Assembly (NCBI GenBank): GCA_903842085.1
Contig: CAIMLA010000050.1
Span: 5,133 to 69,132, forward strand
DNA from: an uncultured bacterium
GTDB taxonomy: Bacteria; Patescibacteriota; CPR2; UBA1875; CAIMLA01
Direction: 5' to 3'
DNA: 64,000 nt
Made by a program: the position numbers and the translations under genes. Under the pieces are notes generated by a model, which was not told where the DNA came from, did no database searches, and was given only the letters and a program-made list of their open reading frames with translations. Below, one piece after another: positions 1-9,940 of the stretch; position 1 is the stretch's first letter; each line of letters starts with the position of its first letter.

Positions 1-597
1 TTCAGAAGTTCTAAAGTCATCTTGATATTTATTTAACGATTTCATGTATATCCAACTTATAATAATAAAAAGTGGGATACCGATTAATATTAGGAAGCCA
101 AACAAATAATTTATTTTGAATAAAAAGTACATTGCCACAATAATATAAATTATTTGAGGTACAATATCGTAAAAAAGACCATCGGCAATATCAATCAACT
201 CTTGGATCCCTCTCTCCATTCTTTCTTTGACTTTTCCAGTAGGATTCTTTTCAAAAAAGCTTAAGGACAAAGTTTCAGTATGGTTAAAAACCATATAGGC
301 GAGTTTATTTCTTGTTTTGTTTGACCACACGCTCGCAATATAATCCATTACCGAGTTAAAGATGGACTGTACAAAAATGACCACAATAAACAAAATAAGA
401 TAAAACCAATACTGGTTAGAAACACTTTGAAAGGACAATCCAGTCTTAAGTTGTTTTTCAATCAGATCAAAAAAAAGCTTTATTATCTGTGGTTGTATCA
501 GCTCTATTAAGGCAGAGATGATGCAAAAGATAAATAAAAAAATAGTTAGGCCTCGATAGACGCTCGCAAATTTGATGACACGCCAAAAATTTTTCAC
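1..597 (-). CDS. ABC transporter permease/ATP-binding protein (MsbA/Sav1866-like exporter), N-terminal membrane domain; runs off window edge
   Basis: Not in the ORF track. Manual translation from GTG at 597 (GGAG SD upstream) gives MKNFWRVIKFASVYRGLTIFLFIFCIISALIELIQPQIIKLFFD...LSLSFFEKNPTGKVKERM..., open to position 1. Several TM helices and the 'L(S)xxFF..xxTG' exporter pattern. Confidence 0.8.
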   Translation of the reverse strand, partial: MKNFWRVIKFASVYRGLTIFLFIFCIISALIELIQPQIIKLFFDLIEKQLKTGLSFQSVSNQYWFYLILFIVVIFVQSIFNSVMDYIASVWSNKTRNKLAYMVFNHTETLSLSFFEKNPTGKVKERMERGIQELIDIADGLFYDIVPQIIYIIVAMYFLFKINYLFGFLILIGIPLFIIISWIYMKSLNKYQDDFRTSE

Positions 598-664
598 TTT
601 CGCTCCAGGTAAATATAAAACACAAGATATATTATAGGATTAAATCTAAGATAGGTGAACTATT

Positions 665-1261
665 TTAGTATTCACGTCTTCCCTCGAGGGATCTAGTTAA
701 GGTGACTTCGTCGGCATATTCGAGGTCTCCACCGACAGGTAGACCTCGCGCGATCCTGGTTATCTTTACTAGTTGAGGTTGGATTAGTTTTTGGATATAG
801 AGAGCCGTGGTCTCACCCTCAAGGTCAGGGTTCATGGCCAAGATCACCTCTTTTGGTTTGGCGTTTTTTATCCGTAGCAACAATTCTTTAATAAATAAAT
901 CATCCGGTCCGATCCCTTCAACTGGTGAAATAATGCCACCGAGCACATGGTAAGAGCCTTTGTAGCCTGTTTTCTCAAAGGCAACAACGTCTAGCGGCTC
1001 ACTGACAACACAGATTATTTCAGGATCACGACTCTTATCTTGGCAGACTCGACAAATCTCTTCATCAGTTAGATTACAACAAAGAGCGCAATATTTGATC
1101 GCTTTCTTTAAATTCAAGACTGCCTCTCCGAGCCCTCTGATGTTTTCATCCGATCCTCTCAAAAGATAAAAAGTAAGCCTCTGGGCTGTTTTTGGTCCGA
1201 CACCAGGTAATTTAGCCAGTTCGTCTATAAGGTCTTGAACACTTTTTGGTATGACGTTCAT
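665..1261 (-). CDS. recR: Recombination mediator RecR
   Basis: LPGVGPKTAQRL HhH, C4 zinc finger, Toprim domain, RIARGLPVGGDLEYAD. Confidence 0.97.
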   Translation of the reverse strand: MNVIPKSVQDLIDELAKLPGVGPKTAQRLTFYLLRGSDENIRGLGEAVLNLKKAIKYCALCCNLTDEEICRVCQDKSRDPEIICVVSEPLDVVAFEKTGYKGSYHVLGGIISPVEGIGPDDLFIKELLLRIKNAKPKEVILAMNPDLEGETTALYIQKLIQPQLVKITRIARGLPVGGDLEYADEVTLTRSLEGRREY

Positions 1262-1270
1262 TAATCGGTC

Positions 1271-1564
1271 CTACATTCCAGGGAATCCGCCTAATCCACC
1301 CATTTCTTTCATCAGGTTGGCCGCCACATCCTGAGACCGCTTAATAGCGCTTTCAATTGCGGTTTTAATATCTTTTTCCAAAACATCCAGCTTTTCAACA
1401 TTAACATCGTCTTCATTGATGCTAACTTTTTGTATTTTCTGCTCTCCATTGATCACAATTGTAACTGCTCCTGATTCGACTGTAATCACTTCATTTTTAA
1501 GCTTCTTTTGAATTTCTCTCGCTTTTTTTACAAAATCTAGTTGTTCTTTTGCTTTTCCAAACAT
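1271..1564 (-). CDS. ybaB: YbaB/EbfC nucleoid-associated protein
   Basis: ~97 aa directly upstream of recR; GAVTIVINGEQKI pattern, GGLGGFPGM tail; start set to ATG 1564 by AAAGGA SD. Confidence 0.88.
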   Translation of the reverse strand: MFGKAKEQLDFVKKAREIQKKLKNEVITVESGAVTIVINGEQKIQKVSINEDDVNVEKLDVLEKDIKTAIESAIKRSQDVAANLMKEMGGLGGFPGM

Positions 1565-1621
1565 AATCAAATCCTTTCATTAACAAAATCTATATTATAA
1601 TACTGCCACCTTATATTCAAG

Positions 1622-3376
1622 CTAATTTAGCTTGTATATAAGAATTGAGCCACCAATATTTTCAATCGGTTTGATGTTATCTAGCCATGAATAATCCATG
1701 CCCCCATTTGCTTCTTTTTTGAGTTTTGAATTTTGATAGAAAGTGGCACTCACAGCAAAATAGCCCGTCGGTTTGCCATTTTGAACATGCCATTCGATGG
1801 CTTTATCGCCAAGATAATACTTGGCCGGAAAAGCCCCAGGAAAGACGTCAACCTTAATTTTGTTAATATTGTTTTTTTCGGTCCATTCATTAAGCCTTTT
1901 AATATCTTGGCCCCAGTCTGTATTTGAATCTGTCAAATATTTATAGCCATTCTTGTAACCGCCAATAAACTCGTTGTAGTAGGCCAGATAATGAGGGTAG
2001 ATCATAATCGCCTCAGTGATATACCAGATTGTGAGTAAAATAATTATCATCGGGAGAAGGGTTATTTTCTTTCTTAAGGCTTTAAAGTCAACGAGGCAAG
2101 CTAATCTTGAAATAAATAAGAAAATAAAGGCATAAAGTGGGAGCATATATCTAATGCCGAGGTTAATTTTACCCTGCATCCCCATAATCATTAAGACGAC
2201 AGGTATAATCCAGATGTATATTTCCGTAAACCAATCTTTCTTCGGCAGTTTTTTCCAAAATACGATAATCAATAAAAGGAAGATAAATATTGGAATCGCT
2301 GTTTTGAGGGCAAAGGTAACCGGGTAATAATACCACCAACCCTGGTTTGACACCTTTCCGAGTAAAAACGCGTCATGACCGCCCTCTACGTGGCTTGTAA
2401 CCATAAAAAATCCTAACAGCCACTGACCTAATGGCTTTGTGATGGCATGTTCTGATAAAGGCATAAGAATATTTTTAGCTTGTTTTGAGATCCCTGCATT
2501 ACCCGGCAAGGATTCAGTAATCAAGCCCTTTTGCACCGTTTCAGACATATTGATCGTGTGAGGAATGTAAAAAATCCACATTGCGGCTATCCCGATCAGA
2601 CCAATCGCGACAAAGGAGACAAAACCAGATAAAAACCTTTTACTCAATTTTTTATCGTTGATTCTGGAGAAAAATGTATTTTCATCCTTTCTCCCTTTTT
2701 TGATTAACATTAGAATAAAAACAATTACAAAGGCTGGCCCTAGGATGGCTGCTGAAAACTTGGTAATTAAAGTTAAACCGAAGCCAAGACCGGCTATGAG
2801 GAGATTAATTTTTGTCGGCTTTTGTAAATATCGATAGAGCGAATACATGGCTAAAAATAGAGCCAAAGAAATCCCTAAATCAGTCGTCACGAACCTGGAA
2901 TGAGCGATTATGTTAGCATTAAAGACGAAAAGAACTAAAGCGAAGAGACCGGCCTTGGTCCCAAAAAGCTCTCTTGCCCATCGGTAAATAAAATATCCAA
3001 AGATTAACGCTAACAGCATTATTGGGATCCTCGCTAACAAGATCAAAGTATTTGGATCATTACCAAATCTATAAATGAAATCCCAGCCAATTTCCCATTG
3101 ATTGTTAATGACCGGTGTATTTGATCTCCAATAGTCATAGGGGAATTTTGCCCCCCACAAAACCAAGGGTAGAGCCGAAAGATCCTTAATCAGAGGTGGA
3201 TGTTCTGGGTTCAGCCGATAATCACCGGTCGTGACATAAGAGAAACCTGAAGGGATGTGGGCGATCTCATCAACAATCGGGGAATCGCCTTTAGCGGAAA
3301 AAAACATTAAACCAAGCATAATCAGAAGTAATGAGCCCACGATTAATTTACGTAAATTTTTATTAGTTATTTTCAT
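1622..3376 (-). CDS. GT-C fold glycosyltransferase (ArnT/PMT-like, GT39/GT83-type) membrane protein
   Basis: DE motif (IVDEIAH) after TM1, EHPPL, TTD, many TM helices, IRY and DSNxDWGQD C-terminal motifs. Confidence 0.85.
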   Translation of the reverse strand: MKITNKNLRKLIVGSLLLIMLGLMFFSAKGDSPIVDEIAHIPSGFSYVTTGDYRLNPEHPPLIKDLSALPLVLWGAKFPYDYWRSNTPVINNQWEIGWDFIYRFGNDPNTLILLARIPIMLLALIFGYFIYRWARELFGTKAGLFALVLFVFNANIIAHSRFVTTDLGISLALFLAMYSLYRYLQKPTKINLLIAGLGFGLTLITKFSAAILGPAFVIVFILMLIKKGRKDENTFFSRINDKKLSKRFLSGFVSFVAIGLIGIAAMWIFYIPHTINMSETVQKGLITESLPGNAGISKQAKNILMPLSEHAITKPLGQWLLGFFMVTSHVEGGHDAFLLGKVSNQGWWYYYPVTFALKTAIPIFIFLLLIIVFWKKLPKKDWFTEIYIWIIPVVLMIMGMQGKINLGIRYMLPLYAFIFLFISRLACLVDFKALRKKITLLPMIIILLTIWYITEAIMIYPHYLAYYNEFIGGYKNGYKYLTDSNTDWGQDIKRLNEWTEKNNINKIKVDVFPGAFPAKYYLGDKAIEWHVQNGKPTGYFAVSATFYQNSKLKKEANGGMDYSWLDNIKPIENIGGSILIYKLN

Positions 3377-3402
3377 TTTCTCTCAATCGATAGAATCAAA
3401 CC

Positions 3403-4284
3403 TTATTTAATGATTACTTCTTCGAAAAGGGCATCGATCTTCCTGCGAGCATTCTTCTTATTATATTTACCGCTTATTATGTTCCATTGTACTTTAAATA
3501 TATCTTTAAATGAATTGATTGAGTCTTTAACCGGGTCAACGGTTGCTCCTTCTGCTACATCGTTCCACTCGACTGGTATTTCGATAGTTTTAAATTTGTA
3601 TTTTTGAGCGATGGCAAGATATTCGGTATCAAAGCCAAAGCCATAGACAACTTGAAGGCTCGCAATAAACTGTGCCACCGATGTTTTGTAAAGTTTAAAC
3701 CCACACCGTTGATCAACATAGCTTTGATTTAAAAGGACTGAAAAAGCCAGATTGCCACCCCGGCTGATAAATTGACGTAAACGACCTTGCTTGCCTTTAG
3801 CGGTATAATCTTTTGAGTGTCCAAAAATTAAAACTTCAAATAAGCTTTTAAGGCCATGAAATAAGGCCATGAAATAGTTTGGATGATATGGCCTTGGACT
3901 TTTTATATAGCGAGAGCCCATAATAATTTGATATTCATCTAGATATGGTAGTAGTTTAGTGATCTCTGAAATCTTTGTTGAGCTATCCGCATCCATAAAA
4001 ATAAGATATTTCCCCCGAGAAGCTAGGATACCATCTTGAATTGCCTGTCCCTTCCCTTTTCTGCTATCTTTCGGCTCGGTGTATTCAATATGCTCAAATT
4101 GCTTGGCGTATTTTCTCGCGATTTCAAGTGAGTGATCAGTACTATGCGAGTCCGCTAAGATAACCTGCGTTTTAAATTTTTGATGGCTAGTATATTCTAA
4201 AATTTGTTTTATCGTTTTGTCAAAGCGCTTCTCTTCATTAAGAAAAGGAATGATTATCGATAAGTAAATATTTTCTTCTGTCAT
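3403..4284 (-). CDS. GT2 polyprenol-phosphate glycosyltransferase (DPM1/ALG5-like)
   Basis: LSIIIPFLNEE, DxxSTD, GKG, FMDAD (DxD), GSR, DQRCGFKLY, FGFDTE, EIPVEW. Confidence 0.9.
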   Translation of the reverse strand: MTEENIYLSIIIPFLNEEKRFDKTIKQILEYTSHQKFKTQVILADSHSTDHSLEIARKYAKQFEHIEYTEPKDSRKGKGQAIQDGILASRGKYLIFMDADSSTKISEITKLLPYLDEYQIIMGSRYIKSPRPYHPNYFMALFHGLKSLFEVLIFGHSKDYTAKGKQGRLRQFISRGGNLAFSVLLNQSYVDQRCGFKLYKTSVAQFIASLQVVYGFGFDTEYLAIAQKYKFKTIEIPVEWNDVAEGATVDPVKDSINSFKDIFKVQWNIISGKYNKKNARRKIDALFEEVIIK

Positions 4285-4296
4285 TAAGCTCCTTGT

Positions 4297-5511
4297 CTAT
4301 TTTTTATAAATGAATTTTTGATCAAATTGTTGCTGGATATAATCATTTTTACCCCAAGCATAAAAAAACTTTTCATAGTTGTAGTACACAGACAGAAAGA
4401 TAAAGAAAGATAAGATAATAGTCAAAACAAGCTTGGCGTTTTTATTTAAGGGAAAGGTCTTAAACCAAACAGTTAAGAGATAATCCAAGATCACTGAAGA
4501 GAGAATTAAGACAATCGGCACGATAAATATCAGACTGAAGGCATTCTGATTATTTAACAAAGCCAACGCTGTCATGGATAATAATAGAAAAGCAGTCAAG
4601 AAAAAGTACTTTCGTCTTTCTAGATGAGCCACAGCGTAAGCCAAACCACACAAAAACGTTATCGCGATAAACGGTCCAAGAATTGGCTCAAGGCCGATGG
4701 TTCCATAGCCAGCATAATCAGATTGATAAATTAACGAGCGCCAAATATCGCCAAAATTTATTAGATAATTACCGAATGATCCCGGGTTGAAGTAACTTAC
4801 AAGAGAATTGATGTTTTGCGGTAAATGATATAAGTAAGGAAGACTTATAATGATTGCAGAGAGAGCCATCAATAGATACTGTTTCCAGTAAGAATTTAAA
4901 ATCAGATGATTCTTCTGATAGAAGGAGACAAAAGATATGGCGATCACAATCGGGATTAAAACAAAGATTTGGTTAACATACAAAGACAAACCGACTAATG
5001 ACCCAAGCAATATAAACCAAGCGCTCTTTTTGCTCCGAAGAGCAAGTGTCGTCACTAGAAGTAAGGAGATAAGGGTGGTTGGGATTAATAAACTGGAGTT
5101 GATTGTTCGAGTCATAATTAAATCCAAGACATCAATTGAAATAAATAAAACACCCAGTAAGGCTATTTTTTTATTAAACCAATTCTTAATAAAAACATAA
5201 AATAAAATTATGGTTGAAACACTGATTAATATTTGAAAAATCTTAATTACAATAATGTTAAAGCTGGAAAGATAGCCTAGTCCAGCCACGAGGTAGAGAT
5301 AGATTAAATCAAAAAATTGATTAGACTTAGGAATCCAACCATTGCTAATGAGGGTTTTTGCTTCTTTAAGGATCTCAATCTCATTGAAAGACAGATTCTT
5401 TGGCATTGAAGCCAAATTATAGAAACGCAAAATTATTGCAAATAAAATGATTAACGAAAAAAATATTTGATTTTGGTATCTGTCTAATGATGTTCTTATT
5501 TTTTTTATCAT
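4297..5511 (-). CDS. Second GT-C-like (ArnT/PMT-like) membrane protein, degenerate motifs
   Basis: AIILRFYNL-xx-P...FNE N-terminal pattern typical of GT-C proteins, many TM helices; start moved to ATG 5511 to remove the overlap with the GtrA gene. Confidence 0.7.
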   Translation of the reverse strand: MIKKIRTSLDRYQNQIFFSLIILFAIILRFYNLASMPKNLSFNEIEILKEAKTLISNGWIPKSNQFFDLIYLYLVAGLGYLSSFNIIVIKIFQILISVSTIILFYVFIKNWFNKKIALLGVLFISIDVLDLIMTRTINSSLLIPTTLISLLLVTTLALRSKKSAWFILLGSLVGLSLYVNQIFVLIPIVIAISFVSFYQKNHLILNSYWKQYLLMALSAIIISLPYLYHLPQNINSLVSYFNPGSFGNYLINFGDIWRSLIYQSDYAGYGTIGLEPILGPFIAITFLCGLAYAVAHLERRKYFFLTAFLLLSMTALALLNNQNAFSLIFIVPIVLILSSVILDYLLTVWFKTFPLNKNAKLVLTIILSFFIFLSVYYNYEKFFYAWGKNDYIQQQFDQKFIYKK

Positions 5512-5515
5512 AGTT

Positions 5516-5971
5516 TTATGAGCTAAATACCCAAAATTTATATAACATGAAGTTCCAAAGTAAAGAAAAAAAGATGGCACAAAATTTAGCGAAGTTATCT
5601 GTGATAAAGGAATCAGATAGAAACTTTAGTGATTTAAAAAGACGACATAATTTTAACACGAAATTACCAGGCCACAAAAATTTATTGGTTAATATCCAAA
5701 CAATTCCATTGTGAATTACATAAATACCGATGACCGTTGATAGAAAAAATTTTACAAATTCAAAGCCACTCCCATTGCTGGAGCCACCGAATGTCCAATA
5801 TCGATTAAGAAGGTAGCTATTAATCATCGCAATCGAGCTTGAAATGTAGCTCGCTACGGTAGCGCTAATCCTTTTGAATCTTCTGAATATATTAAATAAA
5901 AATAGGTCAAGGAGCGTGTTTATGACCCCGACAATAACAAATCTTGATACCTGAAAACCAAGCGCGTTCAT
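5516..5971 (-). CDS. GtrA-family polyprenol-sugar flippase
   Basis: RFVIVGVINTLLD, NSYLLNRYWTF, WNFMLYKFWVF GtrA signatures. Confidence 0.9.
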   Translation of the reverse strand: MNALGFQVSRFVIVGVINTLLDLFLFNIFRRFKRISATVASYISSSIAMINSYLLNRYWTFGGSSNGSGFEFVKFFLSTVIGIYVIHNGIVWILTNKFLWPGNFVLKLCRLFKSLKFLSDSFITDNFAKFCAIFFSLLWNFMLYKFWVFSS

Positions 5972-6029
5972 TAATCTCCTTAAAGTATAGTTACATTATA
6001 AGTGCTTTTTGACCTTCAAAACAAGGAAT

Positions 6030-7391
6030 TTAGAGGAGGGACTCTCGTTTTTTATCAACAGAACTAAATTTCATTTGCTCTGGTTTGAAGTGAAGTTCGA
6101 TTTGTCCCGTTGGGCCATTGCGATGTTTTTTTATCAAAATATCAGCGACATTCTTTCGTTCGGTTTCTTGCTCATAGTAGTCCTCACGATAGATAAAGAC
6201 AACGACGTCAGCGTCTTGTTCAATTGAGCCAGACTCTCGAAGATCGGCTAGTTGAGGAATCCTTGATGGCCTATTTTCGACAGCTCTCGATAGTTGAGAT
6301 AGAGCTAAGACCGGGAGATTTAACTCCCGCGATAAACCCTTTAACGATCGTGATATATCAGAGACTTCTTCAACCCGATTGGAAGAATTATTCCCTTGGA
6401 TAAGTTGGATATAATCTACCACAACCAAACCAAGTCCATGTTCAGCTTGCAGTCGACGGGCCTTTGTTCTCATCTCAAGAACGCTGACCCCGCTCGAGTC
6501 GTCAATCCAAAGTGGCGCTTCAGCAAGAGTGGCCATGGCCTGCCCAATTCTGGGAAAATCATCATCATCTAGGTTGCCCGTTCTGAGCTTCCATGAGTCA
6601 ATTCTGGCCTCGTTACAAATTAATCGATCGACTAGTTGTTCTTTGCTCATTTCAAGAGAAAAGATTAAAACCGGAAGTCCCTCAACCGCAGCCACACTCT
6701 GCGCTATGTTTAAAGCCAGGCTTGTCTTCCCCATAGAAGGCCTCGCCGCTAAAATGATCAGGTCAGAGGGCTGCAGTCCAGCCAATAAGTTATCCAGGTC
6801 CTTAAAGCCGGTTGGAACGCCCCGAATCGAGCCCTTATCTTTATGAAGTTCGTCAATCCGATCAAAACTTTCAGTTAGAACGTCCTTAAGAGCAACAAAG
6901 TCCTCTTTAAGGTGCTTTTGAGAAACCTTAAAAACCTTTTGTTCTGCCTTATCGAGGATGCTTGTAATCTCTTCGTTTTCCTCCATGGCTAAATTGTTTA
7001 TTTCATTTGCGGCTTTTATGAGCCGTCTTAAAGTGGCTTTATCTGAAACAATTTTTCCGTAATTAATAACATGAGCGGCCGTTGGGACCGAACTGGCCAA
7101 GGTGGCAATATAGCTACTGCCACCGATCATTTCAAGTTTCTTATTGTCTTCAAGCTTACTTGTCAGAGTGATAACATCGATCGGTTCTCTCTTTTCATAA
7201 AGTTGAATCATCGCTTTATAGACGACCGCGTGAGTTTCCTTATAGAAATCTATCTCTGAAACAATGTCAGCTACTTTGACGATCGCCTCTTTGTCTAGAA
7301 GGATTGCCCCCAGGAGTGATATCTCAGCATCAATGTTTTGAGGTGGAATATTAATTTTTTCATCTAACATATGTAACCTTTCCGCCCTCAC
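6030..7391 (-). CDS. dnaB: Replicative DNA helicase DnaB
   Basis: AARPSMGKT Walker A, FSLEM, VVDYIQL, SQLSR, DLRESGSIEQDAD, KHRNGPTG; true start may be ATG 7370. Confidence 0.98.
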   Translation of the reverse strand: MRAERLHMLDEKINIPPQNIDAEISLLGAILLDKEAIVKVADIVSEIDFYKETHAVVYKAMIQLYEKREPIDVITLTSKLEDNKKLEMIGGSSYIATLASSVPTAAHVINYGKIVSDKATLRRLIKAANEINNLAMEENEEITSILDKAEQKVFKVSQKHLKEDFVALKDVLTESFDRIDELHKDKGSIRGVPTGFKDLDNLLAGLQPSDLIILAARPSMGKTSLALNIAQSVAAVEGLPVLIFSLEMSKEQLVDRLICNEARIDSWKLRTGNLDDDDFPRIGQAMATLAEAPLWIDDSSGVSVLEMRTKARRLQAEHGLGLVVVDYIQLIQGNNSSNRVEEVSDISRSLKGLSRELNLPVLALSQLSRAVENRPSRIPQLADLRESGSIEQDADVVVFIYREDYYEQETERKNVADILIKKHRNGPTGQIELHFKPEQMKFSSVDKKRESLL

Positions 7392-7394
7392 CGA

Positions 7395-8900
7395 TTAATC
7401 AACAACTTCTCCACCAAATATCTCTAGAGCGTCGGCTAATAGATCATCATTTTCAACTTTTTTCTGACCGATATTATTTGCTCTAATAAAACACTCAATT
7501 CTTAGATTTTGACCATATATTCTCTTAATTGACGCTTCGATTAACTCTCTGTTTTTGCTATCTTCTATTCTCTCTTTATGAAATTTATATGGAAAGTATA
7601 GGCATAATTTATCGTTACCTAATTCTGGATCACAGACTTTCAAAAACGCATGGATTGAGTTGTTGCGAGACTTGATATCCATTAGGAGTTGTTGCCACAA
7701 AGCCGTGTTATTCGTCGGCTTCTTTTTGGAAGTTATTACTTCTTGGTCACTTGATGATGCCACCTTCTCAGTTTTATGGTCACTTTCTTCGGCTATTTTT
7801 GTTATTTTCTTGTCTTCCCTATTCAGGCAAATTTTTATTGTGGCCACTTCAATTCCCAGCTGAGGTAAAGAAGAGTATTTATATATTTGTTCATGCAAAA
7901 GAATGGTTTCGATCGTCTCGATAATCTTTTCTTGATCTGTCTCTTTTGCAATCTTCCTTAAGTTTTGAGATATTTCAACCTCTAATTCAGATCTCCCCTT
8001 CCCCGATATTTTAGCCAATAAAAGCTTATGAAGCGTATTCACTAAACTTTTATTAAACATTCTAAAGTCCTGACCTTCGTTATCAAGAGCCTTTATAATG
8101 ATAAGCGCTTCATTAACCTTAGAAGAGAAGATGGCAGATAAATAGTCTTCAATCTTAGTTTCATCTGATAAACCCAATATTAATTCAACATCGCCGGCTT
8201 CAAGTTGGTCTTTTCCATTTGAAGAAATTTGATCCAATAAAGAGATCGCGTCTCTAAAACCACCATCACTGTGTTTGGCTATAAGTTGAGTTGCTTCCTT
8301 AGTAATCTTGATCTTCTCTTTATCAGCGATAAAACTAATATGGTTGATGATCGTATCTTGATCGATCTTTTTAAAGTCGAACCGTTGGCAGCGGGAAACG
8401 ATTGTCGTCGGTATTTTGCTTATTTCAGTCGTTGCAAAAATAAAAATAGTATGCTTGGGCGGATCCTCAATAATTTTAAGAAGCGCATTAAAAGAAGACT
8501 TGGAGAGCATATGGGCTTCATCAATGATGTAAATCTTGTATTTTAGGTTAACCGGAGCAAAGTTTGCCCTCTCAATTATAACCTCCCTAATATTGTCTAC
8601 CTGGGTATGAGAAGCGGCATCTATCTCAATAATGTCTAACGATTTGTTGTCCATGACTGATAGACAATTCGGGCAGCTATTGTCAGGGTTACCTGTCATA
8701 TTGCTAAGACAATTGACCGATTTTGCGAAAACTCTTGCCGCCGAAGTTTTTCCCGTTCCCCTAGGACCGCAAAAAATATACGCATGGGAGATCGTATCAT
8801 TAGCCACAGAATTTTTCAGAATCTTTGTAATGTATTTTTGTCCGTAGATTTCATCAAATGTCTTGGGACGATATAAGCGATACAGAGCTTGTTGTGACAT
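7395..8900 (-). CDS. dnaX: DNA polymerase III subunit gamma/tau
   Basis: ALYRLYRP, GPRGTGKT, EIDAAS, IIDEAHML, SRCQRF. Confidence 0.97.
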   Translation of the reverse strand: MSQQALYRLYRPKTFDEIYGQKYITKILKNSVANDTISHAYIFCGPRGTGKTSAARVFAKSVNCLSNMTGNPDNSCPNCLSVMDNKSLDIIEIDAASHTQVDNIREVIIERANFAPVNLKYKIYIIDEAHMLSKSSFNALLKIIEDPPKHTIFIFATTEISKIPTTIVSRCQRFDFKKIDQDTIINHISFIADKEKIKITKEATQLIAKHSDGGFRDAISLLDQISSNGKDQLEAGDVELILGLSDETKIEDYLSAIFSSKVNEALIIIKALDNEGQDFRMFNKSLVNTLHKLLLAKISGKGRSELEVEISQNLRKIAKETDQEKIIETIETILLHEQIYKYSSLPQLGIEVATIKICLNREDKKITKIAEESDHKTEKVASSSDQEVITSKKKPTNNTALWQQLLMDIKSRNNSIHAFLKVCDPELGNDKLCLYFPYKFHKERIEDSKNRELIEASIKRIYGQNLRIECFIRANNIGQKKVENDDLLADALEIFGGEVVD

Positions 8901-9021
8901 TCTTTCCCTTTTTTATCAAACTAACTATTCTATTTTAAGCTTTTTGCAGCCTCAATTTAAGTACAAAATCAGCAAATTTAGTGGATATCGTTGCCCATAG
9001 AGTGGATAAACTGTGTATTGA

Positions 9022-9882
9022 CTATATCTCAAGCTCTTTTACTTCATCATCATCATTATTAATTGGCGTTGATTTAGTTTCAATCTTCACCGCGCTATCC
9101 TCCGGTTGAGCTTTTTCTTGCTGAGTTGGAAAAACAATTGCTGGAGTCTCTTCACTTCTCACCTCCTCAGCTGGAAGAGGGGCACTCCCTTGTTCTAAAG
9201 GCTTTTCTGCCACATTTTGAGCTGGGTTTGGTTCAAGTTCGTTTGGAGCCTCTTGATTAGACTCATTTGCAACCGCCGTTTGTGGGCTAGCCGGGGAAAC
9301 GGGTGCGATCGGTCCCTGAGGACTAAGTGGATTTTCTGCAGTCGTTGCATTTGTCAGAGCTCCCTTTTTCACTATATTGTCTATCGCTGCCCATTCACTA
9401 TCATGTTCTTTAGGAATGATTATTGAAACTTGGTCGCCAGGTTCCCCTTTATAATAGGTGACGCTTGCTTGCAAGACCTTGTATGCCTTCCCTTCGCAAT
9501 TAACATAAAGAAAGCCCTCGCCATAAACTAACGTTCCTAATGACTTCCTTCTCTCGACTGGTCGAATTTGTTTAAAGATAAAACTGCCATCCTCGGCGAT
9601 CGTTAGTTTTAGAATATCACCTTCAACCAATTTCGACTTAGAGGCATAATTTGCCGGTACTGGGTATTCTTTACCGTCGGCGCCATGCATGTATTCTCCC
9701 ATGTAAGTGCCTTCTACTACTTTACCCTCATCGACAACTCCCAGTTCCTTTGCCTTTTTAACAGGATCAATCTGTTTAAGTTCTTTTTGCCCTAAGGCAG
9801 ATCTCAGCAAAATTCGAGCAGAGTGAACATCCGCCTCGGCTGCGTCTAAGAGTTTCTGTATTTTTTCTAATTCATAATCCAT
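9022..9882 (-). CDS. Conserved hypothetical protein (CPR-type, VPANYASKSKLVEGD motif) with disordered Pro/Glu-rich tail
   Basis: Long ORF with AAGGAG SD; motif recalled from Patescibacteria hypotheticals; function unknown. Confidence 0.75.
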   Translation of the reverse strand: MDYELEKIQKLLDAAEADVHSARILLRSALGQKELKQIDPVKKAKELGVVDEGKVVEGTYMGEYMHGADGKEYPVPANYASKSKLVEGDILKLTIAEDGSFIFKQIRPVERRKSLGTLVYGEGFLYVNCEGKAYKVLQASVTYYKGEPGDQVSIIIPKEHDSEWAAIDNIVKKGALTNATTAENPLSPQGPIAPVSPASPQTAVANESNQEAPNELEPNPAQNVAEKPLEQGSAPLPAEEVRSEETPAIVFPTQQEKAQPEDSAVKIETKSTPINNDDDEVKELEI

Positions 9883-9940
9883 GGTCGTCTCCTTTTGTTT
9901 TTGTTCATTTATATTCTATCACAAAGTAAAAAATTATAAA

